Of a stretch of DNA of 64,000 bases, positions 1 through 13,010 are shown piece by piece. The translations under genes and the position numbers were made by a program. Source of the DNA: Utricularia gibba (Eukaryota > Plantae > Magnoliophyta); the NCBI GenBank assembly GCA_002189035.1, contig CM007991.1, forward strand, positions 5,146,001 through 5,210,000, written 5' to 3'. The notes beneath the pieces are model-generated. The model ran no database searches and had not been told where the DNA came from. It saw nothing but the letters and a program-made list of their open reading frames with translations. The stretch's first letter is position 1, and the number at the start of each line of letters is the position of its first letter.

Positions 1-2700
1 TGAAAACTATATTTATTATATTTGTAAATGTCATTACCAACGTATACCATTCATCTATATATGTCCTATATAGGAATGTGTAATATGGAAACTATGCACA
101 TAGGAAGAACATCATATTCTTTGAATGGTACCAATGTGGTTTATATAAACCATATTCGAAAGAAGAGCATGTCATGACCTCATGTAAAAGACCACAAATT
201 GGCCTTAAAAGGGAGACTATCTTCCTCCCTTATATGAAGTTGTTACACTACCTCATTTTTTATTAGGTTTTAGAAACATTCTTGGTTAATAAACATTTCA
301 TTCACCCTAGCCCTCCTTGCATCATAGCAAGCTTATAGACTCCTCCATTTCAAAAGAGATTGGCATATTATGTGAGACACCAACATTTTGTCCGGAATTT
401 AGACAATGAATGAGGAAACAAAGAAATGGAAATAGGTGAAAATGATTGCACAAATGTGATAGCTACCTTTTGGGCCAATGGTATTGTTTAAGGTGGCAAA
501 GGAGTGTTAAGAAACCATGACTTTGAGGATAAAAGAGGATTAAGAAGCCATGACATTGAGGATAAGGAACACTTGAAGTGGTATAAGTATGAAAATTAAC
601 CTTTGAAACTGAGACAACTCCTTATGGAGTAATAGTCATCATACACTTCGAGGTTGAGGAAATGAAAGAAAATGTTTGAGGAGCTGAAATCTAGTAAGGT
701 TGGTGAAGGGGATGGCTCTATTTTGTTGATTTCACAAGGTTAAGGTTAAATGGAACTCCTATCTTCAATTTCTAAGGTTTATAGACTAAGGTTACAGAGA
801 ATAAGGAAGCTTAACCATGCACGTAAATGATCCTATACCTAATGGATTCATATATGTTAGATGTTTTATATTTTATGTGGTCTCTTTCCTCTATGGTTTT
901 TCATTAGAATGATATTGACTTTTTGACAATTTTCTCTTATTACTTGAATGTGTTTAAGTGTCTTGATCACTAAAAATCATTTTAGGTGACCAATAGGAGG
1001 AGGAAGACTAGGAGCTATGATCCAAACTTAGAGTAAGACATCGAGAGGCCAGCCATTTTGGAAGTCTTCTATGTGTGCTTAGAAGTGTCGATAGGGCTGG
1101 TGTCAGTTTGAAAATTGATGTCATGCACATTTATTTTTCTTGTGTGATGGTAACGTGTGGGGTTGTGTAGAAAAACTAAACCATGTTGTATTGTGACTTA
1201 TGTACATATCTCATATTTAACTTGATATTTCATGACTTTAGAATAATAAAGTTATTTATCTCATTTATGGTCATAGGTTTGAAACCTTAAGCTCATATTT
1301 GGGTTGTGTACGGGATAATAGGATGCTATAGCTTTATGATTTCTTCTTAGAATCATGACATCAAGTTTGAATCTAGAAAGATATGGATTTAGGTCTTGAC
1401 ATATTAGTTAGAACTTTATAAGGAGGAGAGTTAATCATTGTTGAATGGCTAGTTTGAGTATGTCTCACCTTCTTCATGCTAATGTAGAAACGTGACAATA
1501 GATATGTATTTCACTGTTATGATTTATAGATAAGCTTTATTAAGGCTAGGAATAGAACAAATGTGAAGGGAAAAACATTTTGAAGGAGGAAAAATGTGAG
1601 GAAACAAAAGATAAATTTGCTAATAGCAAAACTTTAAGAACGATTTGCACAGTCATGGATTTTAATCTCATGAGAGCAATGGAGCTATAATAAATTAACA
1701 AATTTTTGCAAGCATATAGAAGAGACATAAATGAGGGGTTTTGAATTTAGAAGGAGCTCATTTGGACAAGGATAAGTAGGATGATGGGTTCTAAATTTAT
1801 ATTGTATGTTTTACATGCAAATTTGTGTTTAAGTGATACCTATATATTGCATGATTCTTATGTACTGATTGGATATTATTCTTTAGATATTATGAACATG
1901 ATTTTTTTCACCTCTTTTAGTGTTCAATACATTTTTAAAATATTCATTGGTTTGGAAATAAGAGCAGGAAGTTATGAATTTTCTTTTAAAACTTTTCAAA
2001 TATGTCGATTCCTTAGAACTGATTTTTCAATCCAATTTTTAAATTTTAAAACTCTCTAGGAGTACAATATGCTGCATTCATGATGTTAAAATGTAATGTG
2101 GCTCTTTGAAGTAGAAGATTTATGGAGGAGCTATGGATGTACTCTCTTTAATGTCAAACATGTTTGAGGCAACTCTTTATGGAGTGATAGCCACGAGAAG
2201 GTATGAGGTTGACCTATTAAAAGGAAATGGAAAGAGCGATTGCAACTAAATAAAGTTGCACCTTTTTGCTGATTTTATGTGGTTAAAGCTACAAAATCTT
2301 ATTGATCTTAGTTTCTAAGGTTGTCAAATTGAAGTTACTAAGGTTAAGGGGTGTAACCATATACATAAAATGTCACATATTTATGGGACTCATGCTATGA
2401 TAAATGTTATTGCTTATTTTTCATATCTCCTAATGACATTGTATTTTTAATGGTTACATGCTTGCTTTACATATCCTTTTTTATTGTATATGTTGCATTA
2501 AGTTCATTGGCTGCTAATTTTTCTAGGAAATACACGATAGAGGGAGTACTAGGTTCTATGATCTAGTTCGTATGGGAAAGATTTTTGTTGACGATCATTT
2601 TGGTACTTTTCTTTCGTGGTCCTAGATTGGTCCTTAGGGCTGGAGTTACTAATTTGTTGTATTTCTAGTATGTATTTCTAGGTAAGGAGTTATATAAAGA
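1..2700. repeat. Degenerate LTR-like (possibly Tekay/Ogre-type) non-coding repeat with an internal diverged duplication
   Basis: Segment ~600-1030 recurs at ~2160-2575 (gagacaactccttatggagtaatagtca vs gaggcaactctttatggagtgatagcca; gactaggagctatgatc vs tactaggttctatgatc). No credible ORF. Family is a guess. Confidence 0.35.
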
Positions 2701-2737
2701 GAATTAAACATGATATCTACACCATGTTTTGCTATGG

Positions 2738-3840
2738 TTATGTGAATAATTTTTTTTTTGTCTTTGACCTTGATTTTCCAATATGTTTTGAAGGAAAGGA
2801 AAATCTAATATTCACTATGATGTGTCTCATTTGCTTATGAATTTTAGTTAATGGATAATAAGGCCTCATGCTCCTTACTTGGAAACATGACGAACTACAT
2901 TCATAAAGATATAGATTTGGGCATTGACAATGACAACCAACTTTTTCCCAAATATGAATAACCAACAACGCTTTTAAGAGAACAGGTAGGTGAAATGGGA
3001 AAATCTCATCTGATGTCAAATGGCCTTATGCATATACAATGAAGGAAAAAGGAGAGAGGACTTTTGATCATTCTATGAGATAACTAGTGTGAGGTGAAAG
3101 CACCACAAAAGAACATCCATATAGAATTCTAGGTTTTTCTCATGTTGATTTGTATGAAGAACTTATCAGGTTCTTTATTTTTAGTCGAAAGGTGTTTCTC
3201 CAAGAGTGTGAGCACTCCTTGTTTTCACCATTTCTTACAACACAACACCTTATATTTTCCTATCTTCCCTACTCTTTGGTACTCATAATGTTATGAAAAC
3301 TCTCATAAACAAGAAGAAATTTTCCTTGAAGCAATAATGTGTGATGTTATGATATATCTCTAGATATGGTTAAAGATTTAACTATGTTCAGCAAAAAATT
3401 GTTGGATTGTTGCAAGATAATTCTCTACTTTAGAGGTTCAAAGATTTTAGGGTTGTGGAGGGATGGTGACATCATGGGGGCACTACTTGACTATTCATGA
3501 ATGATGGTGCTTGTCTAGGAGCACTAGTTGTCTCCAATGAAATCCTAGGTGATCTTTGTGTGATATTTGATAATTTTTATAATTATACATGCCTTAGTTC
3601 TAATAAAAGCATTAAACTCTTTAACGTGCATTTCATCAATTCTAAAACCTGAATCAACATGAGATGGGATTGAATGTGAAGTTCCTTGATATCCTCATTG
3701 TTGATGAAGCAATGCTTGGAAGCCAAGCTTCATAGTATTGCACAATTGTGGTTAACTGAGTTAAGATTTAAAAATTATTCACTCAATGTTCCACATTTGC
3801 AATTTCAACATTTTCTCCAAGGGGTCTCTACTAGTTATCA
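2738..3840 (-). mobile_element. Highly decayed Ty3/gypsy (CRM-like) pol/LTR remnant
   Basis: Minus-strand RHIIVNIRFSFPSKHIGKS loosely resembles the chromovirus RNase H end (RHAKWVEF..FxFxIKHKxGKxN). Similarity is weak. Confidence 0.3.
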
Positions 3841-4729
3841 TGATGTACAAGTGGGCATGAGTACGAATAAACCCTTCGAACCGATGAATTGACCCATAGC
3901 GAGTCAAATCATGAATTGTACTCATGTGGAAGCAAGTACAAGTTGAGTCCAAATTCACAAGTACGAGTTGACTCAATGAGTCAACTCATTTTTCTTATAA
4001 AAAAAATACTTTGGGTCAATGTAATGACTCATTATCTTTCTTTTTGTGAAGTCTAATTATTACGCCCAAGTTCAAGCCAATAAAAAATAGTATCGTGAAT
4101 TTGATGCTAGATTTTCAAATTTCAGATCTAAGGTTTAAAAAAGTTTCACTTTTATCATTTTTTTTTACATGTTTTTAGTGAAATTTTCTAGCCAATTTCT
4201 TTTGCTATTTTGCTACACTTCACCATTGGTGATCTTTTATCTTGATTCTTTGTGTTTCTATTTGTGTATAATCTTTGTAGATAGTTTAATAAGTACAAAT
4301 TATCTTTGATGAATTGGTATGACCATTTCATGCATGATAGGAAGAAAATGAGGTAATCTATAAGTATTGTTCAATTTCATATAACTATGATAAAAGTGAT
4401 TCTATTACCAAATTTTTATGAAATATTTAGAACAAACAACTTGATCAAGAAACTTCAGATCTTATATAGTCAAATTTGAATGTTGTGGATAGTAGCATTA
4501 GTTCCAAATTTACAATTCATTCAAATATGGCTCAAGTTGATTATTTGGTTTCATTAATTGCTAATAAAAAAAACTTTTCAAAAATTGAGAATCCATTTAT
4601 TATTTATTTTTTTACAACAGAATGCAGTTTCAAACCTTTTTTTAGAAGAAAAACTGTTAGAATTTGTTGAGAACAATTCCATGAATGAAAAGTACTTTTG
4701 ATTTCTCTATTTTAATCACTTGAATGCAA

Positions 4730-6720
4730 GTTTTGTTTGACTATTGATAGTTCACATGTTATAAATAGTGAAAAATATATTATTGTTACTGCTTGTTAGA
4801 TTAATTATGATTGGGCTATTGAGAAGAGAATCCTTGGGTTTCGACCTTGGAATCATCCTCCGTATATTTTAATTATGATTGGGCTATTTTAATTACTTAT
4901 ATATGTCCTGAATATGGTATACTTGATCATATTTTTTTTATTACTCTTGATAATGCATCTAATAATTGGAATCTTATGAAATCTCTGAAAACTTCCATGA
5001 ATCCTATGTTTGTTGGTGCTTTATTTCATTCTAGATGTACATGTCACATTTTAAATTTGTATATTCAAGATACTTTGCAAATTTCTGAAATTAATAAATT
5101 CTTTAATTCTATGTGCAACTTAGTTATTGTGTTAACGATTTCTAGTGTTAAAAAAGCAGCTTTTAAACTTTTATGTGAAGTTAATGATATTCCATTTAGA
5201 ACTCTAAAGCATGATTTACCCATTATATGGAATTCTACTCTTGATATATTTAAATTTTTTCTTCCATATAGACAAGTTTTGAAATATTTATAGATATATA
5301 TGATGGCTTAGAGTGAAAAGTTTAGGATGCTTGATAACACATAGTTTTGAGTGTTTCAAGATAGGTAAATAACTAATATTTTGCTACAAAACTCAAATTT
5401 TATTATGTATTTTTATGTTTTTGTGACTAGTACTATCGTTTATGTCTTTTATTCCTAGTTGAATCTTAGTTCTAATAGTTCCCCTGAACAATGCAGCATA
5501 TGTCAGCAACCCAAATCCCAATGAGCCAAAAGAGAACACTAAAGTTGTAGAAAGTGGGGGCAAAATCTGAAAAGAAAGAACAACAAAATCTAAGGAGATA
5601 GAGATTGGATTTCGGAGATGAGAAATGATGACGAGTGAAGAAAAATATCTCAACCACCTTGGAGAACACGCCACAAACTTTTGAGAGGGAGATTTGGAGA
5701 AAAACTTAGAGGAAAAACGAAGAAGACGAACCAAGAACCAAGCCCTCTTTTGAAGACTTCTTTTGCTTATGAAGAACATTACTCCTAACTTGAGAATAGT
5801 TTTAGTTTCATTTTATGCAATTGTTTACGATTCTAGTTACTGCTTACTTAGTTATTTCCTTTCTTGATGTCACATTGTGAAAGGAAGATGGTTTTTTTAT
5901 TATGTCATGAAAATGTTTTCCTTTCCTTTAGTATGAGTGGCTAGGCACTTAGAGGTGCTTTGGGACAAAGGAGGATAAGGAGGGAAAGGTAATGATTTTC
6001 ATCATAAAAAGCTACAATTAGAAGTAGACCAAAAATTACGAAAAAACAAGAGTTTGAGTAGACTGAACATTTGCTTGTTGGGTGAATGATTTTAGATTTG
6101 GATGGGATAGTTGTAATGATTAGCATGCTACCCCTAAGTGTTCCAAGGTATAACCAAGATTAATTTTAGATAAAGACTTGTTTTTACCCGTTTACTATTT
6201 TTCTGCATCTTATAGTCGAACTGTCTTATTTTTAGCTTAGAATAAATCTCTAAACCATGACAAAAGAAGTATGCATCAACCTTCACACAACAAGCACCTA
6301 GCTCCTTATGTTGGATCCTGATCCATTATTCTCATATTTTTCGTATGAATGAATGTCTATTAGGTTAATAAATTTTATTTGATAGGAGAATTCACAATTC
6401 ATAATGACTTGCTAAATTTTTCGTTTCTGCTTCTTCAAGCATGAGTAGAATAGCTAGTGAGATTACATTCTATAATGCAATGCATCAAGTTCATGGCAAT
6501 AAAGGGGGTTACTTTGATATGCTTGATTGGTGGAAGAATCAATCCTCCCATTATTCGATTTTGTCACAAGTTGCCACAAGATATTATTGCAACTCTAGCT
6601 TCAACGATTGCTTCTGAGAGCGCTTTCAATGTTTTTGAAAGAGTTCTTATAGAGAAGAGATTGTGTTTAGCACTAACAACTTTGGAGGCTTTGTATGTTT
6701 AAAGGATTGGTTGCAAGTTG
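4730..6720 (+). pseudogene. hAT (RICESLEEPER/Ac-like) transposase pseudogene, split by a solo LTR
   Basis: Motifs CLTIDS..YIIVTAC*INYDW..EKRILGF, ITLDNASNN, FHSRCTCHILNL, HDLPIIWNST. After the insert come the dimerisation-domain motifs FDMLDWWKN and TIASESAF..LEAL...KDW. Multiple stops and frameshifts. Confidence 0.85.
5332..6426 (+). mobile_element. Old solo LTR, Athila-like family E
   Basis: Starts TGATAACACATAGTTTTGAGTG (cf. 41933). Ends atttttcgttt like the family E ends at 42619 and 55066. Left flank ATGCT, right flank TGCT (eroded TSD). hAT coding sequence resumes after it. Confidence 0.7.
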
Positions 6721-8140
6721 AATAGAAGTTACAAAACCTGATATCAGGTGATGAGGATGATGAAGAAGAGCATGAAGAAGTAGAAGTTGTTGATTAATAT
6801 GCATTATGGAGTTTTTCTTTCTTTGTTTTCCTTAACAAAAATTTTTAACTCCAATGATAATCAATGTCAATCTCAAACCATGATAAAGGAGGAAAAGTTT
6901 GAAAGATTTCATTTCTTGTGTTCATATTTTTTTTAATTGATTAGTGGAATTATTTGATTTGCAACTGCTTGAAATCTTTTTTTCCATTTGATACTGATGA
7001 TGCTTCTATAGAGTATGAGTTTTTTTCTTAGCAATGTGTTTTATCCTCTATAGTAAGGTTCATTGTTCTTGATTACATGCTTGTGGAACTATTGAGGGAA
7101 GTGCATATAATAACTTTTTCTTCTTTCTTTCACATTATACACTAGTATGATTATATTTAGTTAAGTATACATTTTTCTTTATGTTTGTTTTGATTATGAT
7201 ATCTTGATTTTCATGATCCAAGGTAGTGGATAATTTTTCATTTAATTCTTTTAGAATTATTGCTTGCTGACTTGTACACAAGTCAAGTCAAAGGTCAACT
7301 CGTGGTGGGTTGGACTAACCAAGTCAACTTGACTTTGACTCATCCGATTCAACTCAAACATGTACGATTCAGACCCATGTCCACTCTATTTTCCATATAA
7401 TGCATCTACATTTCAAAAAGGTTTTGAAAATTTCTCTTTCAGTGAGATTGATTACTTCTAGAGAGCACTGCAATGGTTCTACTTCTCTTTTCTCTGCACT
7501 TTTTTCATTTTTTCTTCCAAAGAGCTAACTAATTCTCTTTTGGTGTTGTGCAACTTACATCTAATGAAGATATTGATCAGGGAGAATGAGATAATTCCTC
7601 ATTTTCTTCTCCCATATATCATAATCCTTTTGATTGAATTTAAGGGTTGGAAGTTGCGTTTCAGCTATCATTCGATTGCCATAATTTGCAAGTAAATTTT
7701 GTAGAAAAATAAAGATAGATCTTATATCATGATGTGTTTGATTTAGGCTCTTTTTTTTTTTACTTTCTTGTCATTGTTGTGGTAGTGGTTTTCATGCTGT
7801 TGATTCTTTATCAAAGCAACTATGATACATATAAGATTTTTTATTTTACAAAAGAGAAAGTTATGAAATTTATTCCAGAAAAGGCTTGCGTATTATACAA
7901 TAATCTTCCATTTTATAGAGTGTGTTTTTTGGCTAACTCTGAATATATGGCCATTTTACCTCTGAAATTTCTTGTATTGTTTTTGGTGTAGGTACTATGT
8001 AGATGAGGTTAAAATTGTGTTGGGTTGGTCTTTGTTTGCATATTTCCACTTATTTGTCTCTTGTTTCAAGATCCAACAAAAATTCATCATGTTTTGTTGC
8101 TTGCTATATGATAACACATATTTGTGAGTATTCACATTGC

Positions 8141-8158
8141 TCCCCGGCAACGGCGCCA
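8141..8158 (-). promoter_or_regulatory. Primer binding site for tRNA-Asp (Athila-type)
   Basis: Plus strand tccccggcaacggcgcca equals the 3' 18 nt of plant tRNA-Asp(GUC) including CCA. It lies 3 nt from the LTR terminus at 8162. Confidence 0.88.
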
Positions 8159-8161
8159 ATT

Positions 8162-9546
8162 TGATAAACCGAAATTTCTTAATATTGTTGGAAAAATAGA
8201 AATTTCGTATAAAAAAATTATTAGCCATAATCTACAAAAAATACAAATTGAAAAAATTTGTAAAGTGGATTTCAGGGTCGATTACAAAGAACTTGTGCTT
8301 GCTAAGTGTTTCAGCAGATGCAGAATTCGAAGTAACAGTGATTCTAAGTTTAAGCTCGGACTAACAGTAGTAAACAAGTTCAGTAAACAAGATCAGGTCT
8401 CAATGTGGAAGGTAACAAATACTAGTTCTAACTCAGAGTAATACTAAGATGCTTTAAGGGTCTGCATGTGGTGTAGTACTAAAATATCTAATTTAAATTA
8501 CCATGTTCCTACACTTACAACTTCAAATAACCTACGTCTACCTAGGTCATTCACCATATTTTCGACTAAACTAGTCTCCAATATCATCACCAACATTGCA
8601 ATTAGGTCTACCCGTATACAAAGTATATAGAACTAGGTCTACCCGTATGCAAAGTATATAGAACTAGGTTTACTCGGTTCTACTGATTCTACCACAGACT
8701 AATACCTACTGCTCCCGCCTTGATTTGTTGTTCTACCTCTAAATCAAGCATGTTAGTTGTGAAATTACTTGTTTCCCTCCTTAGATCTACCCATGGAACA
8801 ATAAAAATAAGAACTAAGAAACAAACATAAATTTTATTATTCACCCTAGATCCACACCACCATGCTTTACCTTAAGGTATCCTTAGGGTTCTAGTTACTC
8901 ATACTTGGAAGGTAAAATATCATAATATTAACATAAAGTAGTGAAAATGTCAAGAACATTGTGAAAGAGTTGGTTGCAGAAACTAAAAGCATCAACAAAC
9001 GAAAGTAAAGCAGTAAGAGTTCTGGTTTTCGTCTGCTACTGTTCACAGGCCGGAACAGTAGCACTGGACTGGGTCTTGGTCTTTGTTCTTCACATTGGAG
9101 GTTCTTCTCCCAAAAATCGCCCTTCTTTTTCCTTCTTGGTCCAGTATTCGTCGTGTTCGAGTTGGAGAGGAAAACCCCTTGTGTGCATGTTGAAAACTGC
9201 TTGCGATTCTCTCTCCTCTGGTTTTTCTCTATCTCTCACTTCTCAAAGCAAGTACAATCTCTGACAGCTCTGTTGCTCTTGCCTCTGATTTGCAGATTGC
9301 TGCAATGATAGTGTACTCATTGCTCCCTAGTGCACGATGACTTGCACTAAATCCTTGTTTCTTCCATGACTTTGGAATGGCTGTAGACTCAAAATCAGGT
9401 TAGAATATGGGGTGGGCTAACACACAAAAATCACATTTTTCTTAAGTTATATAAAAATATACTTAAAACTATAAAATAAACAACTAAATATAATTAAAAA
9501 CTTATGATTTTCATATAATAAAAGTAGAAAAATCTATGTGCTATCA
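8162..9546 (-). mobile_element. Athila-like LTR (family G), about 1385 bp
   Basis: Minus strand reads TGATAGCACATAG...TTTATCA (TGAT/ATCA termini) and is followed by the tRNA-Asp PBS. Internal ~30-bp tandem aggtctacccgtat..aagtatatagaact at ~8602-8665. Confidence 0.75.
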
Positions 9547-11324
9547 CACTATGCTACAACGACACTAGACTTGTCCCCAAGTCCTACCTAAGACTAATAG
9601 AAAACTGGTTCCTCTAGTATCAGTAACGAACATAAACAACTGAGAGTAATTTTCGGTGCATGAGCTACAGAAGTGCAAGTGTGCATGTAATTTCATCACT
9701 CAAATATGCATGAGTAGATTCCTCTTGAGGAGTGTTTTCGAAGATCATATCTTATAAAGTTTATCCCTTCAAAGTCACTCAAGGTCACGGTTGCCAACTG
9801 ATAACACCGTTTTTATTGTGTTTTTATATATGTTTTTAAGTGTGTTTTGTAGGGTTAAATGTTGCTTAATGTGCAGTATTTAGACTACTAAAATGTGTTT
9901 ATTGTGAAAATTGGCTCAATTGGTAATAATTGAGCCGAAAACTCTAATGATTCGTCTAGATTGTGTTTAAGTCTTACCACGGTAAGAGCTAGTACTATAG
10001 CAGTGCACTTTCCGCATTGAAAAGTCAAAGGGATAGAAAAGCTATGCAAAAGCCACTTTCCGCCAAAAGTAGCCGGCCTTCTAAAAAGATAAGATTTGAT
10101 GCAGAGATATCCCTTCTAGAAGTCTGGGGAAAAGACAAAGCTACCCCTACTTTTGAGCGCCAAAAGAGAAAAGGGAGAGAGAAGATAGGACAGACTATGC
10201 ACGTAGAGTGCACAAACAGCGAACAGTAGGAGGAGCAAGAGCAAGGAGAACTTCGTTTCTCCAGCAAATGTCTCTGGCGACCTCCAGATCTACACTTCTA
10301 CACCGTCGTTTCACCCAGAAACTTGATTTCCAGCAGATCTACGACCGAGAGCAACTGCTAGACACTTCATTTTCTATTTTCTGCACTTCTATTTTGTTAA
10401 TGAACTTGCTGTTGTTACTTTATGCATTTTCATGCTTTCTGTTATGTTCTTGCACCTAAATCCTCTATAGACCTTGTTTCAGTTTATGAACATGTTGCTA
10501 CTTACCCTTTTCGTGCTCGGTCCTAAGTATAACGTACTTTTTACTGTTCTTGCAAACCCATACTCTGTTTCTGCAAACCCTTACCTTGTTTTTAAGCATT
10601 TTAAAGTTGGGTTTAAGCCTATGGTATCTCTTGAGTGACACAAGAGCTAAACCCTGGTGTAAAACCCAGCCAAATTACTTTTATTTTATGTTTCTTACAA
10701 ATTCACATTAATTTCAGTGCCTCTTCATCCCTGCAACTTGTTTCTTTCACTCACTGTTATTTTAGGTCTTACGCGCATTAGTGCAAAACCCCAGAAAACC
10801 CCCATGTTTTCAGTAAATGTGATAAACTTCAGGAAATTACAATCATTCCCTGTGGATTCGACCCTTGTTTGCCACACTATATTAATTCCTGTTATTTGTG
10901 TAGTAAAATAGCTAGGTCTATAAATTTCTTTTGATGCGTTGAATGTGCTGAACCACGACATTTAGCAACCCCATTCCAATGTTCATCACCAACCCATTTT
11001 TTTCTCTCTTTTTTTTTCTCTTATTTTTTGGGCAGTGAAGGGGTCGCTTATTCTAGACTAATCCGGGTACATTGTCAATGCCTTTTCTTTATCCGAGTGT
11101 TGGGCAAGCACTCACACCTTATAACCCCAGGCTTCTTCATACTCCTCTAGATTAGTTTATCCCCACTCACCCTTTCACTACTTATTGAGTCCACACATGC
11201 TCTTTTAATATGCTTGCAAAATATAGCATAATTTCACAAATACACCTATGGATAATCTTAAATTTTCTAGTGCTACTACATTAGTATCTAACACTATACT
11301 ACAAAAATAGTCAACGTGTTTAGG
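9547..11324 (-). mobile_element. Athila-like 3' non-coding internal region, interrupted by solo LTR B
   Basis: Contains cttggggacaag just upstream of LTR G, resembling the Athila pre-PPT motif ttgaggacaag seen at 60320. Sequence is continuous across the CCAAC TSD. Confidence 0.5.
9799..10988 (+). mobile_element. Solo LTR, Athila-like family B (1190 bp)
   Basis: TGATAACACCG...GTTCATCA with perfect TSD CCAAC (9794-9798 / 10989-10993). Homologous to 34585, 50733 and 55860. Confidence 0.93.
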
Positions 11325-12310
11325 TGTTGTGTATCGTTTCTTCAAAAAATTTTAATTAAAAAAATGTAAAACATAAATAAGCATAGTATGAATGTCATTC
11401 TCAAAGAGTTGAGTTTTGCGAAAAGTGTTTTGTGCTAAATTTATATAAATTCTCAAGATTTCTAAAATGGGTTTTGAAATGCTAAAATAAAAAATATAAT
11501 GTAAGTAATGGACTTTGATTAAGGGAAGCAATTCTTGTGAAAGAGATTATGTTTCCTTCTTTGTTTATCCTTGCCTCGACTTTCACTGATTCCTTCCGAA
11601 TAACTGATTACAAGGATAATCTACTCTCCATTACACTCTAATTGACAAGGAGGTACGAGAATAGCCTCATGTGATTCTTCCTTGGAGGATTGAGGGGACA
11701 AGAGAATTGTCACCAATTGCCCTCAAAATCGAATTATGAGCATGTACTTAGCTATTGCCAATGACCAATAATGGGTATGAGGTCACTATTAGTGCATTAT
11801 CAAAGTATTCCGATCACAAACAATTTACTATCTCCCTCAAACCAATCAGGTTGGAGATTGTGTTTTTCACCTTGGTCTTCATCAAAATTCATGAAGATTG
11901 GCTGACCACTCATGGACCATGACTAAGATATGTTGCAAAAAGAGTGCAATATGACTTGTGGAAATATGCAAAATCCAGAAGAAATTCAGTCAAGAACCAA
12001 AATTGGTGTTCAAGACGTTGAAGTAAACTTCATCTTTTCCAAGAAACTAAGTTCAATCACGAATGGCCATAAAACAAAACGAAAATAGAAAGCTAGGAAT
12101 CATCTTTCTCGCTATGATGAACATGAAGAACAAGTTCAAATGCAAAAGTAAAGTTAAAAACGTCTGATCTAAGTGTTTCAAGTTTTTCTTTAATTTACTC
12201 TCACATGTATTAACTTTCTTTGCTTCCTTCCAATTATTCTTTTTGTTTTTCTTGTATAGATAATTTTTTTATTTATGCAAGTAAGCGTCCAATCATTACT
12301 GTAAACTCTA
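11325..12310 (-). mobile_element. 5'-truncated LTR, Athila-like family C
   Basis: Reverse complement aligns with ~60700-61671. Terminus gaaacgatacacaaca vs gaaacaacacgcaaca. Confidence 0.75.
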
Positions 12311-12818
12311 ATATTCATAATTTCCATTCTAATATTCATTTTGAAATCCATAATTCACCATAATTTAACTACTTTAAGCAAATATTCATTGCACAACAGC
12401 ACAATTTCAATTAGGGCATCGAATAAAGCATTTATTCCAAATACAAAAAACAATTATAATAGATTTGAGTGAGCAATTAATGAAGCACATAATATTGATT
12501 TTAAAAATCAGAATTCTAGGGATACTTGCTCATGTAGGTATTAGTGAACTTCTTAAACTAGAATACTAGAATATACTTGAGTTGTAGGGTATGCTTGCTA
12601 AGGGCAATGACATATACCTTACTCAAGTTACATTTGGATAATTTCACAGAAGATGATTGGTGGGTGTTTCAAAAATGAGAATAAACATCAATAGCATAGG
12701 CATCAATGAAAATAATATTGATATCAAGGGTACGATTAGAAGGAAAAAAAAAATGAAACAAGGGTATAATTGAAAAAATAGAGGATGATTTTAGATAAGC
12801 ATATTTAAACCCACCCTC

Positions 12819-13010
12819 CTAGGCAAGTGAATATCACAAGGATGCCCACTTAAGTCCTATGAGAACTTCATAAGGATAATCGTAAGGATGGTTTTAGATG
12901 GATATATTTAAGAATTAATATGTTATGAGTAATGATGAGGCAAGTGAATATCACATGAATACCCACTTTAAGTTCAATGATAACTTGGTAAGGATAATCA
13001 TAAGATTAAA
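12819..13010 (+). repeat. About 70-bp diverged direct repeat in a decayed (possibly SIRE-like) retroelement 3' region
   Basis: aggcaagtgaatatcaca..cccactt.aagt...gataa..taaggataatc occurs at ~12819 and ~12938. PPT-like aaaagggga at 13202. Confidence 0.35.

Larger units (their letters stand above)
3850..7388 (+). mobile_element. Defective hAT DNA transposon
   Basis: Degenerate TIR pair agtgggcatgagt (3850-3862) vs the reverse complement of acccatgtccact (7373-7385), 11/13 match. Both ends carry clusters of gagtc/gactc/gtcaa subterminal motifs. Transposase relic inside. No 8-bp TSD visible. Confidence 0.7.

Noticed and set aside
8141-8158. tRNA-Asp gene
   Set aside because: Only the 3' 18 nt including CCA are present, next to an LTR end. 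This is a PBS, not a gene.
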